From positions 122,115 through 186,114 of the forward strand of contig CAYFNF010000001.1 in NCBI GenBank assembly GCA_964344485.1: a stretch of 64,000 nt of DNA, read 5' to 3'. The DNA is from an uncultured Gammaproteobacteria bacterium. Lineage in GTDB: Bacteria > Patescibacteriota > Patescibacteriia > UBA9570 > XYC2-FULL-38-9. The notes below the pieces were generated by a model, which was not told the DNA's origin, searched no databases, and saw nothing but the letters and a program-made list of their open reading frames with translations. Position numbers and translations under genes: made by a program. Position 1 is the first letter of the stretch, and each line of letters begins with the position of its first letter. Positions 38,679 to 48,911 of the stretch are shown piece after piece.

Positions 38679-39821
38679 ATGTCACTATTCGGTTCGAATG
38701 AAAGCTATTTAGGTATCGATATCGGTAATTCAGCGCTAAAAGTCGTTGAATTAGAGAACGTGAAAGGCCGGCCAAAGCTGTTGACCTATGGGTATTTAGA
38801 GCAATCCAACGAGATCCTGACTTCTAATACAAAAGAGGCAAAAGATAAGATCATTTCAGGACTGGAACACATTCAGAAAGAGTCTAGGACCACTTCGCGT
38901 AACGTAGTTGCAGCACTACCGAGTTATACGGTTTTTACCTCGATCATCCATCTGCCCGAGATGCCAAAGAAGGAGCTAGTTGCAGCAGTGCAGTGGGAAG
39001 CTAAGAAGTTTGTACCCATGCCGCTAGAAGAGATGATTCTGGACTGGAAAATTTTAGAAGACACTAAAGTAGATTCCACTTTTTCCGCCAATGCTGCTGG
39101 TCAGAATGCAGCGCAACAGCAAGAAGCACCAGCACAAGCCGAGGGAGAGAGCCCAAAGATTAAGACTAAAGGCAAGAAGATTTTAAAGATTCTATTAACT
39201 GCAGCACCAAAGGACTTGGTGTCTCGTTATTTAGAGATCTTCAAAGAAGCAAAAATGAATTTAGTGAGCTTGGAGACAGAGAGTTTTGCACTGGAACGAG
39301 CGCTCATTGGTAATGATAAATCTCCGATTATGCTCATTGATGTTGGTGCAGTCGCTACCACGATTAGTGTAGTAGTAGATTCTGTGCCGCTCATTAACCG
39401 TAGTATTGATATCGGTGGACATACCATCACGAAAGCGATCGCGAATAGCTTGAATTTAGATGTGGCCCGAGCAGAGCAATTTAAAAAAGATTTTGGATTA
39501 ACCGAACAAGCAGGTGCAGCAGCAGGGCAGGTACCAAAGCGCATTGAGTTCATGGTATCGTCTATTATCAACGAAATTAAATACGTATTGAATCTATATC
39601 AGAGCCAGGGGCAGGGAAATATTGAAAAGATTGTGCTCGCCGGCGGTTCCGCATGGTTGCCGAATATCACTCAATATCTGAGTCAGGTATTAGGAGTTAA
39701 AGTATTTATCGGGGATCCATGGGCACGCGTGATGTATCCATTAGAGATGAAACCAGTTCTTCAACAACTTGGTTCACGTCTCGCTGTGGCAGTCGGGTTA
39801 GCAATGCGAGAGATCAGCTAA
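38679..39821 (+). CDS. pilM: Type IV pilus assembly protein PilM (actin-like ATPase fold)
   Basis: YLGIDIGNSALKVVELE N-terminus. 380 aa. First gene of the pil operon. Confidence 0.8.
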   Translation: MSLFGSNESYLGIDIGNSALKVVELENVKGRPKLLTYGYLEQSNEILTSNTKEAKDKIISGLEHIQKESRTTSRNVVAALPSYTVFTSIIHLPEMPKKELVAAVQWEAKKFVPMPLEEMILDWKILEDTKVDSTFSANAAGQNAAQQQEAPAQAEGESPKIKTKGKKILKILLTAAPKDLVSRYLEIFKEAKMNLVSLETESFALERALIGNDKSPIMLIDVGAVATTISVVVDSVPLINRSIDIGGHTITKAIANSLNLDVARAEQFKKDFGLTEQAGAAAGQVPKRIEFMVSSIINEIKYVLNLYQSQGQGNIEKIVLAGGSAWLPNITQYLSQVLGVKVFIGDPWARVMYPLEMKPVLQQLGSRLAVAVGLAMREIS

Positions 39822-39874
39822 TGCAGGTGTTGAGGAGGTGTTCTTTGTAAGCAGTATGTACCATCACTACGTCT

Positions 39875-41218
39875 ATGGGCGACATTGATTTTATATCATC
39901 AGACAAGGAGGAAAAACGATCACGGAAACGTCGGGATGATCGTGGTGTTGAGTATACGTCAGGAGAACGGCTCGACGCGCCTCCGAAAGAGAAGAAGCTC
40001 AAGGATAAGAAGAAAAAAAAGGATAAAAAGAAGAAGAAAGAGAAGACATTCAAGCAGTGGAAAAAGGAGAAAGCCAAGCAGCAGAAACCAGAGAAGACGA
40101 AAGGCCCGCAAGATCATATTCCAGAAGCACGAGAACGAGATGACGCTCCAGATTTACTGGATGATTTTGAACGTGCACAAGAGAGCACGCCAACAGTTCA
40201 TGACGCTCCAGAACGAGGAAAGGACGACGCGCCAGATTTATTAGATGCAGCAGCAGCCTCAGCGAAACCGGAGCCACCAGTACCGCAAGAGGACGAAGAG
40301 GTCGCTCCGGATCTATTACATGAATTCACCACACCAAAAGATATCGGGGAGCACCCAGCGCCGAAGCGCGATAAAGAAGAAGCAGGCGCTGAATTGCTTG
40401 CAGCAGTCACTACGGTTCATGATATTGGCGAGCATGAGGTAAAGAAGGCATTGCATAAAGACAGTGCTCCGGACATGACGCAAGTGCGGTCCGGGCCAGA
40501 GGTGCCAGAACCTGAGCGAAAAAAAGTACAGAAGAAGAGAAAGAAGCAGACGAAAAAGCAGGCGCAGCAACAGAAGAAAGGCGCTGCTCGCCCAATGTTC
40601 TCCTTAGGTGTAAATTTGATTCCAGATGAAGTGATTGCAGAGCTGGAGACACGCAATCGGTTGTTAGATTTGGGGTATACTGCACTCGGCTTGATTGCGA
40701 TTGTGTTGTGTGTGTATGGAGCGATGAATATTTACCAGCGTAAGATCGATATCGATATAGAAACCATCAAGCAAGAGATTGAATTAACGAACAGTGACAT
40801 TGAATCATTCCGGCAAGTGCGTACGGAAGCGCAGGATATGCATGATCAACTAGGCGCGCTTACTGATGTGATTGATCAACATGTCTATTGGACTCCGTTA
40901 ATTGAGACTGTTGAAGAATTAACCCTACCGACCGTGTATTATCGCTCTATGAGCGGCTCAGTTCGTACACGCAAGTTCACATTCGAAGTTGTAGGTACGG
41001 ACTACGGTCAAATCGAGAATCAAGTATGGGTATATGAACAGTCACCGTATGTACAGTCTGTCACCACTAGTGCTGCGTCGCAGTATTCTCCGTCAACAGA
41101 GATAACGGAATCCGGAAACGAAGAAGCTGAGACCGAAGAAACCGATGAAGAGCAGTACGTGTCGTTTTCTTTAGTGGTGGAATTTTCGCCTGAATTGTTT
41201 CACCGAGTAATACAATAG
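39875..41218 (+). CDS. pilN: PilN-like pilus assembly protein with a long disordered N-terminal extension carrying repeated acidic APDLL motifs
   Basis: K-rich segment, then three to four [DE][DE]xAPDLL[DH] repeats, a TM helix (LGYTALGLIAIVLCVYGAMNIY) and a PilN-like periplasmic domain. Confidence 0.6.
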   Translation: MGDIDFISSDKEEKRSRKRRDDRGVEYTSGERLDAPPKEKKLKDKKKKKDKKKKKEKTFKQWKKEKAKQQKPEKTKGPQDHIPEARERDDAPDLLDDFERAQESTPTVHDAPERGKDDAPDLLDAAAASAKPEPPVPQEDEEVAPDLLHEFTTPKDIGEHPAPKRDKEEAGAELLAAVTTVHDIGEHEVKKALHKDSAPDMTQVRSGPEVPEPERKKVQKKRKKQTKKQAQQQKKGAARPMFSLGVNLIPDEVIAELETRNRLLDLGYTALGLIAIVLCVYGAMNIYQRKIDIDIETIKQEIELTNSDIESFRQVRTEAQDMHDQLGALTDVIDQHVYWTPLIETVEELTLPTVYYRSMSGSVRTRKFTFEVVGTDYGQIENQVWVYEQSPYVQSVTTSAASQYSPSTEITESGNEEAETEETDEEQYVSFSLVVEFSPELFHRVIQ

Positions 41219-41220
41219 CT

Positions 41221-41877
41221 ATGAATTTTGATTGGAGAAAAATCTATCGAGCACTGAACGCATTTATCACTCGGTTTTATAAGTTTTTTCTTGTTGCTGA
41301 AGTGCTGATCATTTTCTTTATCGGCTGGCTAGTGTTGTTGCGCGGGGAGTACCGCATTATTCAAGAGAGCGGCGTGCTTGAGTATGATTTAGTGACTGAG
41401 CAATTACAAGATCAGCAGGATCGCCTGGTGGAGTTGCGATATCTAGAAGAGCAATATACCACATTGGATCAAGAGCGATTGCGACAACTAGAAGAGGTGC
41501 TTCCGCATTCCTACAATCCGACGGCGCTGATCACGACCATGAATCAATTTGCAGAGCAAGCATCCATTGAGATCGCAAGCATTGACGTAGCACAGACCGG
41601 AACTATAACCACTGAAACTACTAGTACTGCGACAACGGATTCTGGAGAAGAGGAGGAGACAATAGTGGAAGTAGCGAATCCTAATATCAAGACCGTTACA
41701 ATTACGATGAATATCAAGAACAATGAAGGGACATATGGAGAATTGAAGTATTTCCTCTCCGCGCTCGAGACCTTTGTACCTATTCTTGATATGCGACAGC
41801 TTTCATTTTCACCTGGAACCGACAGCATGGCACTACAGTTACAGACATACTATTTTAATTCATCCTCGGCATTATGA
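41221..41877 (+). CDS. pilO: PilO-like pilus assembly protein
   Basis: N-terminal TM helix, then a coiled-coil region and a small periplasmic domain. Position between pilN and pilP. Confidence 0.55.
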   Translation: MNFDWRKIYRALNAFITRFYKFFLVAEVLIIFFIGWLVLLRGEYRIIQESGVLEYDLVTEQLQDQQDRLVELRYLEEQYTTLDQERLRQLEEVLPHSYNPTALITTMNQFAEQASIEIASIDVAQTGTITTETTSTATTDSGEEEETIVEVANPNIKTVTITMNIKNNEGTYGELKYFLSALETFVPILDMRQLSFSPGTDSMALQLQTYYFNSSSAL

Positions 41878-42836
41878 CACCTTCGATCGAAGAACGAAAA
41901 CGAGTACGACGCCGGAAGAAGCAGTTCCGAACACACCATACATCTGGAAAGGAGATTGTATTGTTAGCATTGGTAACAGTGATCGGGGCCTTGGCAGTGT
42001 ATACATCTCAAGATAGACATACTGCGTTTGGCTTGATGGCTGAGTACGCGTACGCAGACGAGATTCCTATTATGACGTCGTTCCGAGTGGAGCCGCTCAT
42101 TAGCGAAGCTGTTCTTGAGCTGGATTTTACAGTAGGCGAAGACGATGTTGTGCAAACACAAGGAATTCTGGTTGACGCAACTAATCCCCCTCCAGTGGAA
42201 GAGGTGCAAGCGTTGAATACTCGTGTGGGAGGGGAAGTCGCTCTGTTCTGGATACGACCCGAGATCGTCTCCTCAGTAAATATCTATCGACGAGAGTTGC
42301 ATGCAGAAGAAGAGGAAGAATTTGAACTTATTCAAGAAAACAATACAGAGCTGTCCTATATTGACGAAGAAGTCAAGAACACTGTGATGTATGAATATCA
42401 GCTTTATTCAACTATGAAGTATGAAGGTGAGTGGCATGAATCCAAGAAATCGCTATCCATTGTGGTACAGCCAGCAGATGAGATTCCACCGTTCTCTCCA
42501 ACTGATATCACCGTGACTACGATAACGACAAAGAAGGGCGCTGCAGGACTTCAGATCTCCTGGGCGAATCCAACTGATGAGGATTTTGATCATGTAAAGA
42601 TATATCGATCCTCAGATTATGGTACGCGTGGAGAAGAGATCGTCACAGTGAAGAAAGGAAAGGATACTACCTATGTAGATACAGAAGCAGATACAAATGT
42701 GATTCAGTACTACACCGTGGTGTCGTACGATGTTGCAGGCAATGGGTCGAGTGAGGACTTCCAAATTCCACTTGCTGGCAACCAGAACCCATTTGCTCCA
42801 TTTCAAGATAATACTCAGCCGAATGAAGGACAGTGA
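41874..42836 (+). CDS. PilP-like / Fn3-like domain pilus assembly protein
   Basis: TM helix IVLLALVTVIGALAVY. Beta-rich C-terminal region. Operon context. Confidence 0.45.
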   Translation: MTPSIEERKRVRRRKKQFRTHHTSGKEIVLLALVTVIGALAVYTSQDRHTAFGLMAEYAYADEIPIMTSFRVEPLISEAVLELDFTVGEDDVVQTQGILVDATNPPPVEEVQALNTRVGGEVALFWIRPEIVSSVNIYRRELHAEEEEEFELIQENNTELSYIDEEVKNTVMYEYQLYSTMKYEGEWHESKKSLSIVVQPADEIPPFSPTDITVTTITTKKGAAGLQISWANPTDEDFDHVKIYRSSDYGTRGEEIVTVKKGKDTTYVDTEADTNVIQYYTVVSYDVAGNGSSEDFQIPLAGNQNPFAPFQDNTQPNEGQ

Positions 42837-44553
42837 TAAAGTAACAATCCTAGAACAGATACAAAGCCGACAGTTGTTATCTCCTCAACAGCTGACGGAA
42901 TTAGCAGAAGAGTCTCGTGCTTCCGGGACTGATATGTTGGATTTGATAGTCACACAGCAGTTGATTGATGAAGAGCAGTTTACAGAAGTAAAAGCTGAGG
43001 TACTTCGAGTTCCGTATGTGCATTTGGTTGATCAAGACATCCCTAATGATGTGTTAAATCTGGTGAGCCAGGATATTGCAGAGAACTACCAACTGGTTCC
43101 GTGGTCAAAGCAGGAAGGAGAAGTGTCGGTTGCAATGGCAGATCCGCATGATTACAAAGCAATCGAAGCATTAGATTTTATTGGACGTAAAGAGAATATT
43201 AAATGGAAGTACTACCTTGCCTCTGATTCAAGCATTTCGTCTGTATTGCGGCAGTACGCGGATCTCACAGACGAGGTCGCTGAAGCGTTGCAAGCTAGCG
43301 AAGAAGGGATGCACGAGGATATTGAAGAAGAAGTGGAAGACTCGGTAAAGAGCGCGCCGATCTCCAAGATGGTGGCAGTGATTTTACGTTATGCAGTGGA
43401 AGGGAGTGCATCGGACGTGCATATTGAACCGACGAAAGACGGTACTCGAGTACGCTATCGTGTGGATGGAGTACTGCATACCTCCTTGCAGATGCCCAAG
43501 AACGTTCACAATTCATTGGTGGCAAGAATCAAAGTACTAGCGAATCTAAAACTAGATGAGACGCGCTTACCTCAAGACGGACGGTTTCATAGTCAGATAG
43601 AAGGACGAGAGGTTGATTTCCGTGTCTCGACATTACCGGTACTTGGTCAAGAGAAAGTGGTGTTACGTATTCTAGATAAAGCAATTGGTATTCGCACCCT
43701 CGCTGAACTTGGGTTTCATGATCGGAATTTACATATGATCGAGAATCATTTAGAGCGTCCACATGGAATGATCCTGGTCACTGGACCGACTGGTTCTGGT
43801 AAATCCACAACACTGTATTCGATTCTACAGGACTTGAATCAAGAAGAGCGGAATATCATTACACTAGAGGATCCAGTAGAGTACAACATGCCAGGGATCT
43901 CTCAGTCACAGATCCATCCGGAGATCGGGTTGACCTTTGCGCGCGGTCTTCGTTCTATCTTGCGTCAGGATCCAGACATTATCATGGTCGGTGAGGTTCG
44001 AGACAATGAAACAGCAGAGCTAGCGATTCATGCTGCGCTCACAGGGCACATGCTCTTGAGCACGTTGCATACAACTGATGCGCTTGGTGCGATTCCGCGA
44101 TTGATTGACATGAAAGCAGAGTCATTCTTGATTGCTTCAGCGCTCAATTTGGTGATTGCTCAGCGGTTAGTGCGAAAGAACTGTGTAGACTGCGTGACAG
44201 AGACACAGCTACCAGTAAAAACAGAGAGTGAAGTATTGCGTGAACTACAATCTATTCCAGAGAAATCTCTTCCAAAAGACATCACCATGAAGTTACCGTT
44301 AACAGTCTATCACGGAGTAGGCTGTCCGAAATGTGAAGGGAGTGGATATCACGGTCGAGTTGCTATCTCTGAGGTGATTGAGATCACTCCACGGCTACAA
44401 GACATCATCGCTTCTGAGGAGATAAATCAATTTGAGTTAGTGCATCGAGAGCTGGAAGAACAAGGTATGGTGAATATGCGCCAAGACGGTATTATCCTTG
44501 CGCTTCGAGGTCAGACCACTATTGAAGAGGTGTGGACAGCAACAACTGAGTAA
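42823..44553 (+). CDS. pilB: Type IV pilus assembly (extension) ATPase PilB/GspE
   Basis: GSPII_E N-terminal domain. Walker A GPTGSGKSTT, Asp box LEDPVEY, Walker B DIIMVGEVRD and His box GHMLLSTLHT are all intact. Confidence 0.9.
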   Translation: MKDSDKVTILEQIQSRQLLSPQQLTELAEESRASGTDMLDLIVTQQLIDEEQFTEVKAEVLRVPYVHLVDQDIPNDVLNLVSQDIAENYQLVPWSKQEGEVSVAMADPHDYKAIEALDFIGRKENIKWKYYLASDSSISSVLRQYADLTDEVAEALQASEEGMHEDIEEEVEDSVKSAPISKMVAVILRYAVEGSASDVHIEPTKDGTRVRYRVDGVLHTSLQMPKNVHNSLVARIKVLANLKLDETRLPQDGRFHSQIEGREVDFRVSTLPVLGQEKVVLRILDKAIGIRTLAELGFHDRNLHMIENHLERPHGMILVTGPTGSGKSTTLYSILQDLNQEERNIITLEDPVEYNMPGISQSQIHPEIGLTFARGLRSILRQDPDIIMVGEVRDNETAELAIHAALTGHMLLSTLHTTDALGAIPRLIDMKAESFLIASALNLVIAQRLVRKNCVDCVTETQLPVKTESEVLRELQSIPEKSLPKDITMKLPLTVYHGVGCPKCEGSGYHGRVAISEVIEITPRLQDIIASEEINQFELVHRELEEQGMVNMRQDGIILALRGQTTIEEVWTATTE

Positions 44554-44566
44554 TTTTTTTACACAT

Positions 44567-45625
44567 ATGGACACAGCAGAACAACTCGCAATCCAAAAGA
44601 TCATCGCTATGGTAGACACCTACCGAGCGGCGTCTTTACATCTTTCGGTTGGAAATCCACCGATGATTCGTGTGGGAGAGAAGTTAGTGCCAGTTCCAGA
44701 GCAGTCCATTGTGACTCCAGAGTTTATGGAGCACATTATTGAAGCTTGGCTTGATGAGAAGAATACTGAACGGCTACAGGTGAATAAAGAATTGATTATT
44801 GCAAAGACATTCGAGACGAAGAAGCGGTTTCGTATCTCTGTGTTCTACCAGCAAGGGCACTTGAGCGCGACGTTGATTCCAATACCTGATGTACTACCGT
44901 CGATTGCAGAGTTGGATCTTCCATCTGAAGCGCAACAGCTCGTAAATTACAAGTCCGGACTCGTCTTATTTATTGGTCCATATAATTCACAAAAAGCGAT
45001 TACTGTCGCGAGCTTTATCGAATATCTTAATCAAACAGCACAGAAGAGTATACTGACGATCGAACACCCAGTTGAGTATCTGTTTAGCGATAACCAATGT
45101 GTGATCGATCAGCGCGAGGTTGGCAAAGATGTGCACAGTACTACTCAGGGGTTGGAATTTGCATTGAATGAGGATGCGGACGTGATCATGGTTTCAGAAT
45201 TAACGGACAGTGAAAGTTTCCAAAAGGTATTAGAGCTTACGAATACTGGTAAGGTGGTCTATGCACTACTGCATGTGAATACTGTACCTTCGGCTATTGA
45301 TACGTTTATTCATAGCTTCGATGCGTCGGATCAAGGGCAGGCACGTGCGGAGCTGGCTTCGAATTTAGTCGGTATTATAAATCAGCGTAGCTTGGTAAGT
45401 AGCACTGGAGATAAAGTGAGTATCTCGGAGGTGATGATACCGAATCAAGCAGTGCGCACGATTATTCAGAAAGGAGAGGTATATCAAATTAACAACATAC
45501 TGCAGACCTCTCGAGGTGAAGGCATGAGGAGTCTGGACGCAGCGCTGCGTTCAGCAGTGGAAGCCGGCAAGATCAGTCAAGCAGAAGCAGCAAAGGTTGC
45601 AGTAGACCGTTCACAGTTTCAATAA
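44567..45625 (+). CDS. PilT-like retraction-ATPase homologue with degenerate catalytic motifs (probable pseudo-ATPase)
   Basis: Aligns to PilT, but Walker A is GPYNSQKAIT (vs GPTGSGKSTT), the Asp box is IEHPVEY (D to H), and the His box is GKVVYALLHV (H to K). Confidence 0.7.
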   Translation: MDTAEQLAIQKIIAMVDTYRAASLHLSVGNPPMIRVGEKLVPVPEQSIVTPEFMEHIIEAWLDEKNTERLQVNKELIIAKTFETKKRFRISVFYQQGHLSATLIPIPDVLPSIAELDLPSEAQQLVNYKSGLVLFIGPYNSQKAITVASFIEYLNQTAQKSILTIEHPVEYLFSDNQCVIDQREVGKDVHSTTQGLEFALNEDADVIMVSELTDSESFQKVLELTNTGKVVYALLHVNTVPSAIDTFIHSFDASDQGQARAELASNLVGIINQRSLVSSTGDKVSISEVMIPNQAVRTIIQKGEVYQINNILQTSRGEGMRSLDAALRSAVEAGKISQAEAAKVAVDRSQFQ

Positions 45626-45631
45626 TACGAT

Positions 45632-46840
45632 ATGGCAGAGTTTGTATATAAAGCACGTAATAGAGCCGGAGACTTAGTTGAAGGCTCGCTTGATGCACCA
45701 ACTATGGAAGTGGTGCAAGACACGATTCGCGAAAAGGATCTGATTTTACTTTCTGTGCGTAAAATGTCTGACCGACAGGTGCTGCAGCGAGTACAAGAAT
45801 TAACGCGCGGCGTTAAAGCAAAAGAGATTGTGGTGTTTGCACGACAACTGTCGACACTCATCTCGGCAACAGTTCCGATTGTTCGGTCTCTGCGAATTTT
45901 AATAAAACAGACTGAGTCCAAAGTACTGCGCACGATCGTCACAGATATTGCTGATGAAGTTGATGGTGGATCGAGGTTGTCTGCTGCCTTGCATCGACAT
46001 CCACGTGTGTTTGACGACTTCTTTGTACACATGATCCGTGCTGGGGAGACCACTGGTCGTCTGGATGAGGTCTTACTTTACTTAGCTGAGCAGAAAGAGA
46101 AGGACTATCAATTAATGCAGCGTATTATTAGCGCATTGATCTATCCAGTATTCATTGTCCTTGCACTTATTGCAATCTTTTTCTTCATGATGATCTACGT
46201 TGTTCCGCGCATGTTAACGGTAGTGATAGAAAGCGGTGCTGAGTTACCGTTAGTTACTAAGATATTGATTACAGTGAGTGATTTTATGCAGGGATTCTGG
46301 TGGTTGTTTGCTATTCTTGCTCTCGCTGGGATCGCTGCGTACGTGATGATGAAATCTAATCCAATGAGTAGACGGTTCTTAGACGAACAGCGGTTACGTA
46401 TTCCGGTGCTCGGTAAGATTATGCACCATATTTACATTGCACGTATCAGCCGCAGCCTCGCGAATCTACTTGCTGCAGGCGTACCAGTAACACGGTCGAT
46501 CGAGATCTCTGCTGATATTGCGGGAAACTATCTCTATCGAGAGATTCTACTCCAAGCGCGAGAAGATGTGGAAGCCGGGCATTCGCTCTCTGAGTCATTA
46601 GAGCGGCATAAATGGGTTCCGCCTATGGTCACGCAGATGATGGGGGTGGGTGAAGAGACCGGGCGTATGGACCAGATCCTTGTTAAAGTTGCTGATTTCT
46701 ATATAGGAGAAGTAGACTCACTCACCAATGCATTAGTGAGCTTGATTGAGCCGATTATCCTAATTTTATTGGGCATTGGTGCTCTTATCATTGTTTCAGG
46801 AATCTTGTTACCGATCTACACGATTACGTCGCAGTTTTAA
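45632..46840 (+). CDS. pilC: Type IV pilus inner-membrane platform protein PilC (GspF family)
   Basis: MAEFVYKARNRAGDLVEGSL N-terminus. Two GspF repeats. 402 aa. Confidence 0.85.
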   Translation: MAEFVYKARNRAGDLVEGSLDAPTMEVVQDTIREKDLILLSVRKMSDRQVLQRVQELTRGVKAKEIVVFARQLSTLISATVPIVRSLRILIKQTESKVLRTIVTDIADEVDGGSRLSAALHRHPRVFDDFFVHMIRAGETTGRLDEVLLYLAEQKEKDYQLMQRIISALIYPVFIVLALIAIFFFMMIYVVPRMLTVVIESGAELPLVTKILITVSDFMQGFWWLFAILALAGIAAYVMMKSNPMSRRFLDEQRLRIPVLGKIMHHIYIARISRSLANLLAAGVPVTRSIEISADIAGNYLYREILLQAREDVEAGHSLSESLERHKWVPPMVTQMMGVGEETGRMDQILVKVADFYIGEVDSLTNALVSLIEPIILILLGIGALIIVSGILLPIYTITSQF

Positions 46841-46863
46841 AAGAAGAGAGGGTCTCTAGAGAG

Positions 46864-46892
46864 TTGTTGCGTATTTGTATCTATGGTATAAT
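46864..46892 (+). promoter_or_regulatory. Extended -10 promoter upstream of pilA (TGgTATAAT)
   Basis: tggTATAAT at about 46884-46892, with a weak -35 TTGTTG 17 nt upstream. Confidence 0.5.
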
Positions 46893-46943
46893 ACAGTATA
46901 TTCATTTATATATATAAATAATTAAGTAATAACGTGCGAAACC

Positions 46944-47465
46944 ATGCAAAAAGACAAAAAAGGTTTCACATTGATCGAGCTGTTAATCGTTATTGCGATT
47001 ATCGGTTTATTGGCGACGTTAGCTATTGTGTCATTGACATCAGCACAACGACGTGCTCGTGATACAAAACGTGTTGCAGATATGAAATCTCTGCAAACCG
47101 GTCTAGAATTATTCTGGAACGCTAGCTCTCGCTATCCGCAATTAGGCGTAGATGCTAATGACTGGGCAGGACTTGGATCAGCACTTGAGAGCTACATGAC
47201 TCAAGTTCCAACAGATCCAAATCATGCTGATGGTGATTTGTACTTCTACTATACCGATAACGGAACAGAATATTGGATTGGTTCAACACTTGAAAGCAGT
47301 AGTGAACAAGCGTTGACGCAGGATGTAGACGGAGCATTGAACGACGGAGCGTACTACTATATCACCTCCACTGGAGTGGGTGATGACATTGACGGTACTA
47401 TTGCTCCTGGTGATGAGCCAGACTGTACAGATGATGTCTATTGTCTCCACGGTACAGCATCGTGA
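46944..47465 (+). CDS. pilA: Type IV major pilin (prepilin)
   Basis: Leader MQKDKKG followed by FTLIELLIVIAIIGLLATLAIVSL, the class III signal and N-methyl-Phe site. Confidence 0.85.
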   Translation: MQKDKKGFTLIELLIVIAIIGLLATLAIVSLTSAQRRARDTKRVADMKSLQTGLELFWNASSRYPQLGVDANDWAGLGSALESYMTQVPTDPNHADGDLYFYYTDNGTEYWIGSTLESSSEQALTQDVDGALNDGAYYYITSTGVGDDIDGTIAPGDEPDCTDDVYCLHGTAS

Positions 47466-47510
47466 TACGGTAGTTATATACTACTCAAATCCCCGGTCAT
47501 TCCGGGGATT

Positions 47511-48329
47511 TTGTTTTATTCCTTGGGCAAAGCAGTGTATAATAGATCTATGCTTGAAATGAGCTTTGGAATAGTCATTTTCTTCTTACTCGGCACTGTT
47601 GTTGGGAGTTTCATTAATGCCACGGAGTATCGGCTCGCGCAGAGTAAGCGTGTATTCTGGGATAAGGGAAAAGGCTTCACACGAAGTGCGTGTACGCATT
47701 GTGATACAACGATTTCTGCTACGGATTTGATCCCACTGCTTTCGTTTCTGTTTTTACGTGGGCGATGCCGTTCTTGTAGAAAGAAAATTTCGTGGCAGTA
47801 TCCGTTGGTAGAGTTAGTGAGCGGGCTGTTGTTTGTGTGCGCTGCTGTTCGATTTGGCTATGGCCTAGAGGCGTTGGCGATCGCTTTTTTCTTCGGGATT
47901 CTGTTATTTATATTTCTATATGACTATAAGCATCAGTTGATTTTAGATGTAGTCTCTGTACCAGCAATGATATTTGCTGGTGCGGTTGGGGTGTTGCTTG
48001 GAAAAGAATTATTAGACTTGGTTATCGGTGCTGCTATCGGCGGTGTCTTCTTTTGGCTGCAGTACGCAGTGTCTCGCGGAAAGTGGATCGGCGGTGGAGA
48101 TATACGTTTAGGCATTCTGATGGGGCTGATGCTGGGGTGGAAGGTGACTATTGCAGCATTAGTTCTTGCATATGTTGGGGGCGCTCTTGTTGCTGTAGCG
48201 CTTCTGTTACAGAAAAAAGCACAGATGCAGTCACGCATTCCATTTGGTACATTTTTAAGCGCAGCGACGTTTATCTGCTTGCTATTTGGTGAAGAAATTA
48301 TTGATTGGTACTTTCAATTACTCATATGA
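47511..48329 (+). CDS. pilD: Prepilin peptidase PilD (A24 family) with an N-terminal Zn-finger
   Basis: CTHC...CRSCRK tetra-Cys and multi-TM aspartic peptidase architecture. The start may instead be MLEMSF at 47550. Confidence 0.8.
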   Translation: MFYSLGKAVYNRSMLEMSFGIVIFFLLGTVVGSFINATEYRLAQSKRVFWDKGKGFTRSACTHCDTTISATDLIPLLSFLFLRGRCRSCRKKISWQYPLVELVSGLLFVCAAVRFGYGLEALAIAFFFGILLFIFLYDYKHQLILDVVSVPAMIFAGAVGVLLGKELLDLVIGAAIGGVFFWLQYAVSRGKWIGGGDIRLGILMGLMLGWKVTIAALVLAYVGGALVAVALLLQKKAQMQSRIPFGTFLSAATFICLLFGEEIIDWYFQLLI

Positions 48330-48910
48330 AGGCACAACGAACAGCTGGGTTCACTATCATCGAGATGTTAGTAGTGGTGGCTGTTGTTGGGGTGGTCGCT
48401 ACGATTATTGCTGTGTCCTTTGTAGGTACTGATTCATCTCAACGGCTGACACAAGCGCGAACGGTCTTAAGTGCTGACGTACATACTGTATTAACGTGGG
48501 CACAGTCAGGGAAAATCGAAGAAAGTACTGGAACGACCCCATATGGGTACGGCATTGTGTTTTGGTTGATCTATCCCGGGCCGGATACAAAAGACTACTC
48601 TATATTTGCAGACCTTAATGATAATGGGGAGTATGATCCTGGAGAGCCGCTGATCAAAGAAGTGAATTTTGAACTAGACGAACTATTAGAAGACATTACA
48701 CTGATTGACTGTACTCCTACGAAGTCGCCTGGAATTGTCATGGGTCCTCCACCGCCACCAACACAGTGTGAATTATACGTCGAGACTCAGAGCGGAGATA
48801 TCACAGCCGTGGGTGCAGCAACCGGGGATATGGAGATAACTCTTCAGCATACAGCGACATTAGATCAAGAAGTAATATCAATAAACACTAGAACTGGTCA
48901 ATTGTATTAA
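48326..48910 (+). CDS. Minor pilin / pseudopilin
   Basis: MKAQRTAGFTIIEMLVVVAVVGVV prepilin N-terminus. Confidence 0.7.
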   Translation: MKAQRTAGFTIIEMLVVVAVVGVVATIIAVSFVGTDSSQRLTQARTVLSADVHTVLTWAQSGKIEESTGTTPYGYGIVFWLIYPGPDTKDYSIFADLNDNGEYDPGEPLIKEVNFELDELLEDITLIDCTPTKSPGIVMGPPPPPTQCELYVETQSGDITAVGAATGDMEITLQHTATLDQEVISINTRTGQLY

Positions 48911-48911
48911 T

